Shown: piece by piece, positions 18,752 through 29,101 of the stretch
How the letters are laid out: every line of letters begins with the position of its first letter
Numbering within the stretch: position 1 is the first letter of the stretch
Assembly (NCBI GenBank): GCA_041752695.1
Contig: JBGSVZ010000085.1
Location: 96,001 to 160,000 of the forward strand
Reading direction: 5' to 3'
Origin: Terrimicrobiaceae bacterium
Lineage (GTDB): Bacteria; Verrucomicrobiota; Verrucomicrobiia; Chthoniobacterales; Terrimicrobiaceae
DNA length: 64,000 nucleotides
Notes under the pieces: model-generated
What the model saw: only the letters and a program-made list of their open reading frames with translations
Databases searched by the model: none
Told to the model about the DNA's origin: nothing
Translations under genes and position numbers: made by a program

Positions 18752-19075
18752 TTACCAGCGGATCACCGGCACGTAAAACCGCTGGCGGCGCTGGCCGTCA
18801 TGGTACCCGCTGGCATAGCCTTTGTAGTATCCGTCGACGTAGCCCAGCATGTAGGCACCCCGACCCTGGTCGATCTTCACGCGGTAGCGGTTGCCTTTCT
18901 TACCGTCGAAAAAGCCGTAGCGATAACCCCCGCTGTACCCATCATCGAACCCCGCGCGGTACTTGGCCTCCTTGTGATAGGGTCCGGCCTGCGCGGTGGA
19001 AACGGGGGCGACGACCGCGGCAAACGCGCCGAGGGCGATGAGAAGGGCGGTGGGTAGAAGGAGGAGACGTTTCAT
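18752..19075 (-). CDS. Small secreted protein with GY/FxxG repeats
   Basis: Signal peptide ending AQA; GFDDGYSGGYRYGFFDG and GYVDGYYKGYASGYHDG. Confidence 0.7.
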   Translation of the reverse strand: MKRLLLLPTALLIALGAFAAVVAPVSTAQAGPYHKEAKYRAGFDDGYSGGYRYGFFDGKKGNRYRVKIDQGRGAYMLGYVDGYYKGYASGYHDGQRRQRFYVPVIRW

Positions 19076-19167
19076 AATTTATGAGTTCAATCGGGTTGTA
19101 GGTGGAAGTGGATCGCTGCGCAAGGAACGATCGGTTGGATCTAAAACGTTGGCCGACCCCGAAATAT

Positions 19168-20445
19168 TCAGACTCCTAGGGCAATTTTCAGCGCCTCTTC
19201 GGCCACTCGCGCGGTTTCGGCGATGTCCTCCGGACCATGCGCCAGCGATAGGAAGCCGGCTTCGTATTGGGAAGGGGCGAAGTAGACGCCGCGTTCCAGG
19301 CAGGCGTGGAAATACCGGGCGAAGGCCGCGGTGTCACTGCGTTTCGCGTCGGCAAGATTGCGAATTGGCCCCTCGCAGAAATAGAGGCAAAACATGGAGC
19401 CAATGCGCTGGAAGGTGAGAGGTTTGCCCGCAATGGCAAACCGCACGCGATCTTCAAATTCCTGTCCGATTTCCTCCAAATGCGACCAGCCGCCGAGTTT
19501 GATCATCTCTCCGAGCTGCGCCAGTCCCGCTGCCATGGCCACGGGATTTCCGGAAAGGGTGCCGGCCTGATAGACGGGGCCGTCCGGCGAAAGGTGATCC
19601 ATAATTTCCGCCCGCCCGCCAAACGCCCCCACGGGCAACCCCCCGCCGATCACCTTGCCCATCGCGCTCAGATCAGGCGTGATGTCAAAAATCTCCTGAG
19701 CGCCACCCGGCGCGAGACGAAAGCCCGTCATGACCTCGTCGAAGATGAGCAGCGCACCGTCGTCAGTGCAGAGTTCACGAAGCGCCTCCAGGAATCCTGG
19801 CTCCGGCAGGTAGAGTCCGGCGTTGGCCGGAACCGGCTCCAGGATGATGGCGGCGATCTCTCCGGGGTTGGCCGCAAAGGCCGCCCGCACGGCGGCGAGG
19901 TCGTTGAAAGGAACGGTCAGCGTCAGGTTGGCCAGAGCGGCTGGCACCCCGGCGCTGTCCGGCGTGCCGTGGGTGAGCGCTCCGCTCCCGGCTTTCACCA
20001 GCAGGGAATCCACATGACCGTGGTAGCAGCCTTCGAATTTGAGGATTTTTTCGCGTCCGGTGAACCCTCTCGCCAGTCGCACACAGCTCATGGTTGCCTC
20101 GGTGCCGCTGTTGACCATGCGGACTTTCTCGACCGATGGCACCAGGGTGCAAATCGTGCGGGCCATTTCGACCTCGAACGGATTGGGAATGCCAAAGCTG
20201 AGGCCGTGCGAGGCCGTCGCGCAGACGGCGGCGATGACCGCATCGGGAGCATGGCCCAGAATGGCGGGACCCCAGGTTCCGACATAATCAATCAACTCCC
20301 GCCCTTCGAACGTGGTGATGCGGCACCCCTCGGCAGAGGTGACAAAAAACGGCTCTCCCCCCACGCCGCGAAAAGCCCGCACGGGGGAATTGACGCCCCC
20401 GGGGATGTGGCGTTTGGCGGCGGAGAACAGTTCGCTCGAGGTCAT
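19168..20445 (-). CDS. hemL: Glutamate-1-semialdehyde 2,1-aminomutase
   Basis: PGGVNSPVRAF, VNSGTEATM, FEGCYHGH, FDEVMTGFR, GKVIGGGLPVGA, YQAGTLSGNP. Confidence 0.97.
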   Translation of the reverse strand: MTSSELFSAAKRHIPGGVNSPVRAFRGVGGEPFFVTSAEGCRITTFEGRELIDYVGTWGPAILGHAPDAVIAAVCATASHGLSFGIPNPFEVEMARTICTLVPSVEKVRMVNSGTEATMSCVRLARGFTGREKILKFEGCYHGHVDSLLVKAGSGALTHGTPDSAGVPAALANLTLTVPFNDLAAVRAAFAANPGEIAAIILEPVPANAGLYLPEPGFLEALRELCTDDGALLIFDEVMTGFRLAPGGAQEIFDITPDLSAMGKVIGGGLPVGAFGGRAEIMDHLSPDGPVYQAGTLSGNPVAMAAGLAQLGEMIKLGGWSHLEEIGQEFEDRVRFAIAGKPLTFQRIGSMFCLYFCEGPIRNLADAKRSDTAAFARYFHACLERGVYFAPSQYEAGFLSLAHGPEDIAETARVAEEALKIALGV

Positions 20446-20490
20446 GAGGGATTCAAACCCCCGAATCCCCCGACTGACAATGGGGAAATC

Positions 20491-20507
20491 TTTATGAAAT
20501 CTTTACA
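20491..20507 (+). promoter_or_regulatory. KdpE-type binding site
   Basis: TTTATG-AAATC-TTTACA, same 6-5-6 layout as the E. coli kdpFABC operator TTTATA-N5-TTTACA, 57 nt before kdpA. Confidence 0.75.
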
Positions 20508-20563
20508 CCTTTGCCCGGGCCTTTAATTAACGCCCGGACCGGGAGTCGTGGAAGACTGCAAGC

Positions 20564-22243
20564 ATGTCAGCCATCGATCTCCTGCAAGTCGCGCTTTTTA
20601 TCTCGCTCCTCATTCTTCTCACCCCGCCGCTTGGCGCCTACATGGCGAAAGTCCTCGAAGGCCGCCTTGGGTGGCTTGGACCCCTGGAACGCAGCATCTA
20701 TCGCCTCATCGGGGTGGACCCCACCCGGGAGATGACCTGGCGCGGATATACTGCGGCGCTGATGACGTTTAACCTCCTGGGATTTCTGGTGCTTCTCGCT
20801 ATCCTTCTTGGTCAGGGTGCACTGCCCCTCAATCCCCAGGGCGTTCCCGGAATGAAATTCCCCCTCGCGTTCAATACTGCGATCAGTTTCATGACGAATA
20901 CGAACTGGCAGGGCTACTCCGGTGAGGCGGCGTTGAGTTACTTCAGCCAGATGATCGGGCTGAATTTTCAGAACTTTGTCAGTGCCGCGACAGGATTCGC
21001 CGCTTTTGCCGCGGTCGCCCGAGGATTCGCCCGGCATTCTACGAATACGCTCGGGAATTTCTGGGCCGATCTTGTGCGCAGCACGCTCTACATTTTGCTG
21101 CCCCTCAGCATCTTGCTCGCGGTGATTTTGGTCAGCCAGGGGGTCGTGCAAAATTTTTCGTCCTATGTGACGGCGACGACTGTCGAAGGTGCCGAGCAGG
21201 TGATCCCGCAGGGTCCGGCCGCTTCGCAGATTGCGATCAAACAGCTGGGCACGAACGGCGGAGGATTTTTCGGGGTCAACAGTGCCCACCCCTTTGAAAA
21301 TCCGACGCCGCTCAGCAATTTTCTTCAGCTCCTCGCGATTCTCTTACTGCCAGCCGCGCTCACTGGCACGTTCGGCATGATGGTGGGTGACCGCCGCCAG
21401 GGCTGGGTGCTTTTTGCCGCCATGCTGGTGCTCTTCCTCGGCGGGCTGACGGTGAGTTGGTGGGCCGAGGCGCAGCCTAATCCCGTGACCCAGCTCACGC
21501 AGAATATGGAGGGCAAGGAACAGCGTTTCGGCGTGATGAACAGCGTGCTCTGGTCCACCGCCACGACCGCGGCGTCGAATGGTTCGGTCAATGCCATGCA
21601 CGACAGCCTCTCTCCTCTGGCGGGCGGCGTCGCGATCTTCAACATGATGCTGGGCGAAATCATCTTCGGCGGCGTGGGCTGCGGCCTCTACGGCATGCTG
21701 ATGTATGTGCTGCTCACCGTGTTTATCGCGGGTCTCATGGTGGGACGGACACCGGAATACCTCGGCAAGAAAATCGAAGCCTACGAAATGCGTCTGGCCA
21801 TTCTGGTGCTCCTCGTGCCCAGCGCCCTACTTCTGGCCGGCACGGCGATCGCTTGCCTCTATCCAACCGCTCTCGCCAGCCTGGCCAACAATGGGGCGCA
21901 CGGGTTCAGCGAAATTCTCTACGCCTTCAGTTCGGCCAGTGGAAACAACGGCAGTGCCTTCGCGGGGCTCACGGTGGACACCCCTTTTTACAACTACGCC
22001 CTCGGCATCTGCATGTTCGTCGGCCGGTTCATCTGTCTCATTCCCGTCCTCGCCATTGCCGGTTCGGTTGCCGCCAAAAAAACCTCGCCGTTCTCGGGCG
22101 GAACATTTCCGACGACCGGGGTGACCTTTGTCATCCTGCTGCTTGGCACCATTCTCATCGTCGGTGCGCTCACCCATCTGCCCGCCCTCGCTCTGGGCCC
22201 CATCGCCGACCACCTCCTGATGCTGCAGGGACGTACTTTTTAA
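20564..22243 (+). CDS. kdpA: K+-transporting ATPase subunit A
   Basis: TNTNWQ, LGTNGGGFF, ASNGSVN, GRTPEYLGKKI, NNGSAFAGL. Confidence 0.97.
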   Translation: MSAIDLLQVALFISLLILLTPPLGAYMAKVLEGRLGWLGPLERSIYRLIGVDPTREMTWRGYTAALMTFNLLGFLVLLAILLGQGALPLNPQGVPGMKFPLAFNTAISFMTNTNWQGYSGEAALSYFSQMIGLNFQNFVSAATGFAAFAAVARGFARHSTNTLGNFWADLVRSTLYILLPLSILLAVILVSQGVVQNFSSYVTATTVEGAEQVIPQGPAASQIAIKQLGTNGGGFFGVNSAHPFENPTPLSNFLQLLAILLLPAALTGTFGMMVGDRRQGWVLFAAMLVLFLGGLTVSWWAEAQPNPVTQLTQNMEGKEQRFGVMNSVLWSTATTAASNGSVNAMHDSLSPLAGGVAIFNMMLGEIIFGGVGCGLYGMLMYVLLTVFIAGLMVGRTPEYLGKKIEAYEMRLAILVLLVPSALLLAGTAIACLYPTALASLANNGAHGFSEILYAFSSASGNNGSAFAGLTVDTPFYNYALGICMFVGRFICLIPVLAIAGSVAAKKTSPFSGGTFPTTGVTFVILLLGTILIVGALTHLPALALGPIADHLLMLQGRTF

Positions 22244-22276
22244 CCGTCACGTAATCACTTAACCAAATTTTAGAAA

Positions 22277-24334
22277 ATGACTTCCACCTTCAATCGCAAG
22301 CTTCTGATCACCGCACTGCGGGACGCGTTCCTCAAATTCGACCCGCGCGAACAGATCAAAAATCCCGTCATGTTCGTCGTCTTTCTCGGCGCCATCTGGG
22401 CCACGGTCGAACTGGCCCGGGACTTCAGCGCCTTCAATGTCCAGATCGTGCTCTGGCTTTGGTTCACGGTCCTCTTTGCCAATTTTGCGGAGGCCGTCGC
22501 CGAAGGACGCGGCAAGGCGCAGGCGGAATCGCTGCGCAAAACCCGCACGCAAACCAATGCGCGCCGCCTTGTTGATGGGAAGGAATCCGTCGTGAACGCC
22601 ACCGAACTGCGCAAGGCCGACCTGGTGGTTTGCGAAGCCGGTGACGTGATTCCCGCCGACGGGGATGTCGTCGAAGGCGTCGCCAGCGTGGACGAAGCCG
22701 CGATCACCGGGGAATCGGCCCCTGTCATCCGCGAGAGCGGCGGGGACCATTGCGCCGTCACCGGAGGCACGCGTGTGCTCTCCGACCGCATCGTCATCCA
22801 GGTCAGTGCCGAGCCTGGCGGTGGTTTTATTGACCGCATGATCGCGATGGTCGAAGGCGCCAGCCGCCAACGCACCCCCAACGAGATCGCGCTGGGCATT
22901 CTTCTGGTCGCCATCACCGCGCTGTTCCTGCTGGTTGTGATCACCCTTCCGGCTTTCACCCGCTACAGCGAACAGGCGGCGGGCCAGCCGGCCGGCATCG
23001 TGAATCTTTCCGGTCCCATCCTCGTCGCGCTCCTGGTCTGTCTCATTCCGACAACCATCGGCGCATTGCTCAGCGCCATCGGCATCAGCGGCATTGACCG
23101 CATGATCCGACGCAATGTCATCGCGACCAGCGGTCGCGCGGTCGAGGCGGCGGGCGACATTGATGTGCTCCTGCTCGACAAGACCGGCACGATCACCCTT
23201 GGGAACCGCCAGGCCGTCGCCTTCCTGCCCGCTCCGGGCATCGAGGAGCGTCAACTCGCCGAGGCCGCCCAACTGGCATCCCTCACCGACGAAACGCCCG
23301 AGGGCCGTTCCATCGTCGTCCTGGCCAAGGAACAGCACGGCCTGCGCGCGCCCGATGCAACCGGCCACCACGCGACTTTTGTACCGTTCACGGCCCAGAC
23401 GCGCATGAGTGGCGTGGATTTCGCGGATACCGGACGGACCATCCGCAAGGGCGCGGCCGAGTCCGTGGCGACCTGGGTGAAAGCCCAGGGCGGTCAGGTC
23501 CCCGACGCCGTCCTTCGGATTGCCGAAACCGTTGCCACGGGCGGTGGAACCCCGCTCATGGTTGCGGAAAACGGTGCCATCCTCGGCGTCGTGCAGCTCA
23601 AGGATATCGTGAAAGGCGGCATCAAGGAACGTTTCAGCCAGCTCCGCAAAATGGGCATTCGCACCGTGATGATCACCGGGGACAACCCCCTCACGGCCGC
23701 CTCCATCGCCGCCGAAGCCGGCGTGGACGATTTCATGGCCGAGGCCACACCCGAACAGAAGCTTGCCCGCATCCGCCAGGAACAGGCGGCCGGACATCTT
23801 GTCGCCATGACGGGTGACGGCACCAATGACGCGCCCGCCCTCGCGCAGGCCGATGTGGGCGTCGCCATGAACACCGGCACGCAGGCGGCGCGCGAGGCCG
23901 GCAACATGGTGGACCTCGATAGCAACCCGACCAAACTCATTGAGGTTGTCGAGATTGGCAAACAGCTCCTCATGACCCGAGGCGCCCTGACCACCTTCAG
24001 CATTGCCAACGATGTGGCGAAGTATTTTGCCATCCTGCCCGCGATGTTCGCCGTGCTGTATGCCGCCGATGGTGCGGCAAACGGACCGCTCGCCGCCTTC
24101 AACATCATGGGGCTGCACTCCCCACAGAGCGCCATCCTGAGCGCCGTCATTTTTAATGCGCTCATCATTGTGGTGCTGATCCCGCTCGCCCTGCGCGGCG
24201 TCACCTATCGCGCCACCGGCGCGGTGCAGGTCCTGATCCGCAACGCCCTCATTTACGGCCTGGGCGGCGTCATCGCGCCCTTTATCGGTATCAAACTCAT
24301 CGACCTTGCTTTGGTCGCCCTTCACCTCGCCTGA
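22277..24334 (+). CDS. kdpB: K+-transporting ATPase subunit B
   Basis: [33 protein letters not shown]. Confidence 0.97.
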   Translation: MTSTFNRKLLITALRDAFLKFDPREQIKNPVMFVVFLGAIWATVELARDFSAFNVQIVLWLWFTVLFANFAEAVAEGRGKAQAESLRKTRTQTNARRLVDGKESVVNATELRKADLVVCEAGDVIPADGDVVEGVASVDEAAITGESAPVIRESGGDHCAVTGGTRVLSDRIVIQVSAEPGGGFIDRMIAMVEGASRQRTPNEIALGILLVAITALFLLVVITLPAFTRYSEQAAGQPAGIVNLSGPILVALLVCLIPTTIGALLSAIGISGIDRMIRRNVIATSGRAVEAAGDIDVLLLDKTGTITLGNRQAVAFLPAPGIEERQLAEAAQLASLTDETPEGRSIVVLAKEQHGLRAPDATGHHATFVPFTAQTRMSGVDFADTGRTIRKGAAESVATWVKAQGGQVPDAVLRIAETVATGGGTPLMVAENGAILGVVQLKDIVKGGIKERFSQLRKMGIRTVMITGDNPLTAASIAAEAGVDDFMAEATPEQKLARIRQEQAAGHLVAMTGDGTNDAPALAQADVGVAMNTGTQAAREAGNMVDLDSNPTKLIEVVEIGKQLLMTRGALTTFSIANDVAKYFAILPAMFAVLYAADGAANGPLAAFNIMGLHSPQSAILSAVIFNALIIVVLIPLALRGVTYRATGAVQVLIRNALIYGLGGVIAPFIGIKLIDLALVALHLA

Positions 24335-24346
24335 TTTTTTACTGCC

Positions 24347-24892
24347 ATGATCAAAGACATCCTGTCCTCCATCCGTGCCATTCTTGTGCTCACCATCGTG
24401 ACCTGTGTGGCTTACCCTCTGCTCATCACCGTCATCGGCCAGCTGGCGTTTCCGTTCCAGGCCAACGGCAGCCTGGTCAAGACGGGCGAAACGGTGAACG
24501 GCTCCATCCTGCTGGCCCAGAAGTTCACGGAGCCGAAATACTTCTGGCCGCGCCCTTCCGCCGCCGATTACGGCACGGTCGCATCCGGTGCCAGCAACCA
24601 GGGATTTACCAGCAGGAAGCTCGCTGACGCGGTGGCGGAACGCCGTGTCACGTTTGGAGCCGATGCGCCCGCAGATCTCCTGACAGCCTCAGGCAGCGGT
24701 TTGGATCCCGACATCTCCCCTGAAGCGGCCCGTGCGCAGATTGTGCGTGTCGCCGCCGCCCGAGCGTGTTCGGCCGAAAAAGTGCTCACGCTGGTTGATT
24801 CGCTCGTTCAGCCCCCCCAATTCGGCTTTCTCGGGGAGGCCCGGGTGAACGTTTTGACGCTCAATCTCGCGCTGGACGCCGCCCAAAATTGA
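24347..24892 (+). CDS. kdpC: K+-transporting ATPase subunit C
   Basis: QANGSL, YFWPRPSA, SGSGLDPDIS, RVNVLTLNLALD. Confidence 0.95.
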   Translation: MIKDILSSIRAILVLTIVTCVAYPLLITVIGQLAFPFQANGSLVKTGETVNGSILLAQKFTEPKYFWPRPSAADYGTVASGASNQGFTSRKLADAVAERRVTFGADAPADLLTASGSGLDPDISPEAARAQIVRVAAARACSAEKVLTLVDSLVQPPQFGFLGEARVNVLTLNLALDAAQN

Positions 24893-24909
24893 GCGTCGGG
24901 GCTTTGCGT

Positions 24910-24930
24910 TGGAGTCCAGCCTTTAGGCTG
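24910..24930. repeat. REP-like hairpin, second copy at 40088-40108
   Basis: tggagtccagcctttaggctg versus tgggttccagccttcaggctg. Confidence 0.5.
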
Positions 24931-24994
24931 TCCGGCACCGAACAGACGGAAGCTTGGCCTAAGGTCTTCCCTGTTCTATCTTCGTTGACGTCCC

Positions 24995-27637
24995 ATGAAC
25001 GACACGCGACCTGATCCCGATGCACTTCTCGCTGCATTGAATGCGGAGCAGGAAAATTTGTCGCGCGGACAGCTGAAGATTTTCCTCGGGATGTGTCCCG
25101 GCGTGGGCAAAACCTATGCCATGTTGCTGGACGCCCAGCAGCGCCAGGAAGAGGGCAAGGAGGTGGTGATCGGCGTGATTGAAACGCACGGCCGCATCGA
25201 GACTCAGGCCCTCACCGCCGGGATCGCTCGCATCCCGAAACGCAAGATCGAACATCGCGGCGTGGTCTTGGAGGAAATGGATCTTGATGCCATCCTCGCG
25301 CGGAAGCCGGACATTGTCCTGGTGGACGAACTCGCCCATTCCAACGTCGCGGGTGGCCGGCATCCCAAGCGCTACCAGGATGTTTTCGAACTGCTGGACG
25401 CGGGGATCGATGTTTACACCACCCTCAACGTCCAGCACATCGAGAGCCACCGGGACATCGTCACCCAGATCACCGGAGCGCCGATGAACGAAAGTGTTTC
25501 CGATTCGGTGATCGATCGGGCGGACGAAATCGAGTTGATCGATGTCTCGCCGGGTCAGCTCCGCAAGCGTCTCGAGGAAGGAAAAATCTACCTCGGTGAC
25601 CGGGCGGTGACGGCCTCGGATAATTTTTTCCGCGAGGGCAATCTCAAGGCTCTCCGGGAAATCGCCCTGCGCGTCACCGCGGAGCGTGCGGACCGGGAAC
25701 TGCGGGAATTCATGCGTTCCCGCCGCATTCCGGGCCCGTGGAAATCGCGCGAACGTTTCCTTGTGGCCGTGGGCACGAGTCCGTTTTCCGAACATCTCAT
25801 CCGCTGGACCCGGCGCATCGCCACCCTCACTCATGGGGCCTGGACGGCAGTGTTTATCGACACGGGGTCCACTTTGGACGAAGCGGCCAAAGCGCGTCTG
25901 GAAAAAAATCTCACCCTGGCAAGGACGCTGGGGGCTGAGGTGCTCACGGCGGCAGGGGAGGATGTCACCGAGACTCTGCTGCGCGTGGCGAGGGAGCACA
26001 ACGCGTCGCAGATCGTGGTGGGAAAACCGCTCTCCCACCCGTTCCTCGATCTGCTGCGAGGGGGATCCCTGGTGGACAAACTCATTCGCCGCAGCGGAGA
26101 TATTGACGTTTATGTCGTTCGGGCGGAAAAGCAGGCCAAACCCTGGCGACCCGATTTTCGCAGCCTGGGCAGTCCGCGACTTCTTCAAGAGTTTGGGCTG
26201 AGTTGTCTTCTGGTGCTGGTGACAACGGTGGCGGGTTTGGTGCTTCGTCCCGCGATCGGTTACATGGCGGTCGGCCTGTTGTATCTGTTGGGCGTGCTGC
26301 TGGGCTCGATGGTGTTATCGAGGTGGCCCCTGCTGCTGGCGGGCGCGCTCACCGCCCTGGCCTGGAACTTCCTCTTCATCACGCCGTATTACACGTTCTA
26401 TATCAACAACGTCCACGACCTGATCCTGTTTTGCCTGTATTTTGTGGTGGCCCTGGTGATGGGACATCTCAGCGCGAGGCTGCGCCAGCGGGAGCAGGCG
26501 GAGCGGCGCCGCGAGGAACAGGCCACCGCGCTGTATCATTTCAGCCGGGACATCGTGACCTCGCGGTCGCTGGGCGAGGCGATCCGGGAGGGTGTCCGGC
26601 ATATCAATGAGTTGTTTGGCGTCACCGCCACCGTATTGGTCGGCCCTGAATTGGCGCTGGCGGCGGGGGAATCGCTCAATGCCCGTGAAATGGCCGTGGC
26701 GTCCTGGACACTGGAAAAGAAGGAACAGGCCGGACGCTTTACGAACACCCTTCCACAATCCGAGTGCACCTATTTGCCCCTGCGCGCCGGCGATGATGTG
26801 GCGGGGGTGCTGGGACTGCGCGGCCGATCCGCGCTGAGTCTCACCGAACGCCAGTTGCTGGAAACCTTTGCCGCCCAAATTGCCCTGCTGATCGAGCGCG
26901 AACGCCTGATGAAGCAAGCCGAGGCCGTTCGCATCGAGGAAAATTCCCGCCGTCTGCAGAAGACCCTCCTCGACAGCGTCTCGCACGAATTCAAAACCCC
27001 GCTGGCCGTGATTTCCTCCGCCGCGGAAAATCTCGCCGCTCATCCCGATCAGTCCCGAACCTTTGTCGAGGAGATCCGGATCGCCGCGGCGCGTCTCCAT
27101 CGCATCGTGGCCAATCTCCTCGACATCACCCGCATCGAAACCGGGGCTGTCAAACCCCGCTTGGCCTGGTGTGATCTCCGGGAGGTCGCGGAGGACGCCA
27201 TCCTGCGGGTGCGTGATGTATTGCAAGACCGCCCGGTGGAAATTTCTCTCACGGAGGAGGTCAGCGCGTGCCGGCTTGATTCCGGACTGCTGGAGGAAAT
27301 GCTGGGCAATCTTCTCCGTAACGCGGCGCAGCACAGCCCGGCCCACTCTTCCATTGGTCTCTCGGCGCGGAAGGAGGGCGGCGACTTGGTCGTGACGGTG
27401 TCTGACGAGGGTTCCGGACTCTCCACGGACGATGAAGGGCGGGTGTTTGAAAAATTTCATCGCGGTGCCGGTGCGACCCCCGGCGGTCTTGGCCTCGGGC
27501 TTTCCATCGTGCGCGGTTTCGCCGAGGCACAGGGCGGCACGGTTTCGGTCCGTCCGCGCGCCGACGGCCGTCCGGGCGCGGAATTTCAGATCCGGCTTCC
27601 CGTGGAGTCCAAAAGTGCGGAAACCATTGGAGCATGA
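24995..27637 (+). CDS. kdpD: Sensor histidine kinase KdpD
   Basis: GMCPGVGKTYAML, LVDELAH, Usp-like domain, 4 TM, SHEFKTPL, GLGLGL. Confidence 0.95.
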   Translation: MNDTRPDPDALLAALNAEQENLSRGQLKIFLGMCPGVGKTYAMLLDAQQRQEEGKEVVIGVIETHGRIETQALTAGIARIPKRKIEHRGVVLEEMDLDAILARKPDIVLVDELAHSNVAGGRHPKRYQDVFELLDAGIDVYTTLNVQHIESHRDIVTQITGAPMNESVSDSVIDRADEIELIDVSPGQLRKRLEEGKIYLGDRAVTASDNFFREGNLKALREIALRVTAERADRELREFMRSRRIPGPWKSRERFLVAVGTSPFSEHLIRWTRRIATLTHGAWTAVFIDTGSTLDEAAKARLEKNLTLARTLGAEVLTAAGEDVTETLLRVAREHNASQIVVGKPLSHPFLDLLRGGSLVDKLIRRSGDIDVYVVRAEKQAKPWRPDFRSLGSPRLLQEFGLSCLLVLVTTVAGLVLRPAIGYMAVGLLYLLGVLLGSMVLSRWPLLLAGALTALAWNFLFITPYYTFYINNVHDLILFCLYFVVALVMGHLSARLRQREQAERRREEQATALYHFSRDIVTSRSLGEAIREGVRHINELFGVTATVLVGPELALAAGESLNAREMAVASWTLEKKEQAGRFTNTLPQSECTYLPLRAGDDVAGVLGLRGRSALSLTERQLLETFAAQIALLIERERLMKQAEAVRIEENSRRLQKTLLDSVSHEFKTPLAVISSAAENLAAHPDQSRTFVEEIRIAAARLHRIVANLLDITRIETGAVKPRLAWCDLREVAEDAILRVRDVLQDRPVEISLTEEVSACRLDSGLLEEMLGNLLRNAAQHSPAHSSIGLSARKEGGDLVVTVSDEGSGLSTDDEGRVFEKFHRGAGATPGGLGLGLSIVRGFAEAQGGTVSVRPRADGRPGAEFQIRLPVESKSAETIGA

Positions 27638-28314
27638 GCGCCATCCTGATCATTGACGACGAACCACAGATCCGCCGGATGCTGCGTATCGTGCTCGAAT
27701 CCGCTGATCACAAAGTTCACGAAGCCGCCACGGGCCGCGAGGGCCTGGTCGAAGCCGCCTCGCGCCTCCCGGACGCCATCATCCTCGATCTCGGGTTGCC
27801 CGATCAGTCCGGCGCGGAAGTGTTGGCCCGCCTGCGCGAGTGGACGCAGACACCCGTGCTCATTCTCTCCGTGCAAGATTCCGGCGAGGACAAAGTCGCC
27901 GCCCTCGACGCCGGCGCGGACGATTACGTGACCAAACCTTTCAACTCCCAGGAACTCCTCGCCCGCCTGCGCGTCCTGCTTCGCCGCGTGCGGAATCCCG
28001 ACGAACCGGTACTTGAATGTGGTCCGCTGCAATTGGACATCGCCGGCCGCCTCGCCTGGGTCCATGGTCGGGAACTCGACCTCACGGCCACGGAATACGC
28101 CCTGCTGCGCGAACTGGCCCGCCATGCCGGAAAAATTGTCACCCACAAACACCTGCTCGCCACGGTTTGGGGGCCGAACGCCATTGAACAATCGCAATAC
28201 CTGCGCGTCTTCCTCAGCCACATCCGCAAAAAACTGGCCGAAGCGGGCTTTCCGGCGGAAGCCCTTCGCACCGAGACCGGAGTCGGCTATCGTTTGAACA
28301 CGCCCGGAGAATGA
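27634..28314 (+). CDS. kdpE: Response regulator KdpE
   Basis: IDDE, LDLGLPD, GADDYVTKPF, winged HTH YLRV...TETGVGYR. Confidence 0.93.
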   Translation: MSAILIIDDEPQIRRMLRIVLESADHKVHEAATGREGLVEAASRLPDAIILDLGLPDQSGAEVLARLREWTQTPVLILSVQDSGEDKVAALDAGADDYVTKPFNSQELLARLRVLLRRVRNPDEPVLECGPLQLDIAGRLAWVHGRELDLTATEYALLRELARHAGKIVTHKHLLATVWGPNAIEQSQYLRVFLSHIRKKLAEAGFPAEALRTETGVGYRLNTPGE

Positions 28315-29054
28315 ACCCGCCCGATCTGAACCGCCGCCTTGCCCAACGCCAAAAACCTCCCGGGTTTTCCGTTCTCTCCATGCGGTGGGAGAGCCTGCTT
28401 TTTCTCCACTGGCAGCGGGACCCCGCGGAGATTCAAAAAACGCTGCCTCCGGGACTTTTTGTGGACACGTTCGAAGGTCAGGCCTGGCTGGCGGTGGTCC
28501 CGTTTTTCATGCGCCGGGTGCATCCGCGGGGATTGCCCTGCGTGCCGTGGTTGTCGGATTTTCTGGAACTCAACGTCCGCACGTATGTCTTTGACGAACG
28601 CGGTGTCCCCGGCGTGTGGTTTTATTCCCTGCTCTGCGACCAACCCATCGCGGTCGAACTGGCCCGGCGATTGTTCCATCTGAACTATCTCCACGCCCGC
28701 CTTCGCGCCGGCGGTGCGCCAGGGAGTGTCGCGGAATTTTCCTGGGAAGAACCCGGTCGCGAACCGGCGGAGTTCCGCGGCACCGAACTCAGAGCCTACG
28801 CGCTCGCGCCGACCGGGAGTTTGGAGTTTTTCCTGGTGGAACGATACATTCTGTTTTCCGCCAGCCCGAGCGGCCGGATCCACGCCGGTGCGGTCCACCA
28901 CGCCCCCTACGCCATCGCTCCTGCCGCCGCCTCGTCCTGGAGTTTCCGCCCGGCGGCGTCGCTCGGGTTCCCGGATTCGCAGCGTCCGCCCGACCATGCT
29001 TTGCTTGCCCGACCCGTGGCAGTAAACGCCTGGCCCATCCGGCGCGTTGGTTGA
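28311..29054 (+). CDS. YqjF/DUF2071 family protein
   Basis: MRWESLLFLHW, FLELNVRTYV, GVWFYSL, FLVERY. Confidence 0.85.
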   Translation: MNPPDLNRRLAQRQKPPGFSVLSMRWESLLFLHWQRDPAEIQKTLPPGLFVDTFEGQAWLAVVPFFMRRVHPRGLPCVPWLSDFLELNVRTYVFDERGVPGVWFYSLLCDQPIAVELARRLFHLNYLHARLRAGGAPGSVAEFSWEEPGREPAEFRGTELRAYALAPTGSLEFFLVERYILFSASPSGRIHAGAVHHAPYAIAPAAASSWSFRPAASLGFPDSQRPPDHALLARPVAVNAWPIRRVG

Positions 29055-29101
29055 GTCGATTGCGGATTGCGAGAGGCGCCTCGGGTATTCTATCCTGCGC
29101 A

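Noticed and set aside
22259..24325. 688-aa - strand ORF and similar long antisense ORFs (3507-5042, 9757-11283, 45211-47001, 54897-56891)
   Set aside because: Shadows of well-identified genes, expected in high-GC DNA.
28616..29101. N-terminal extension of the serine hydrolase
   Set aside because: Overlaps the DUF2071 gene; the signal peptide starts at ATG 29102.
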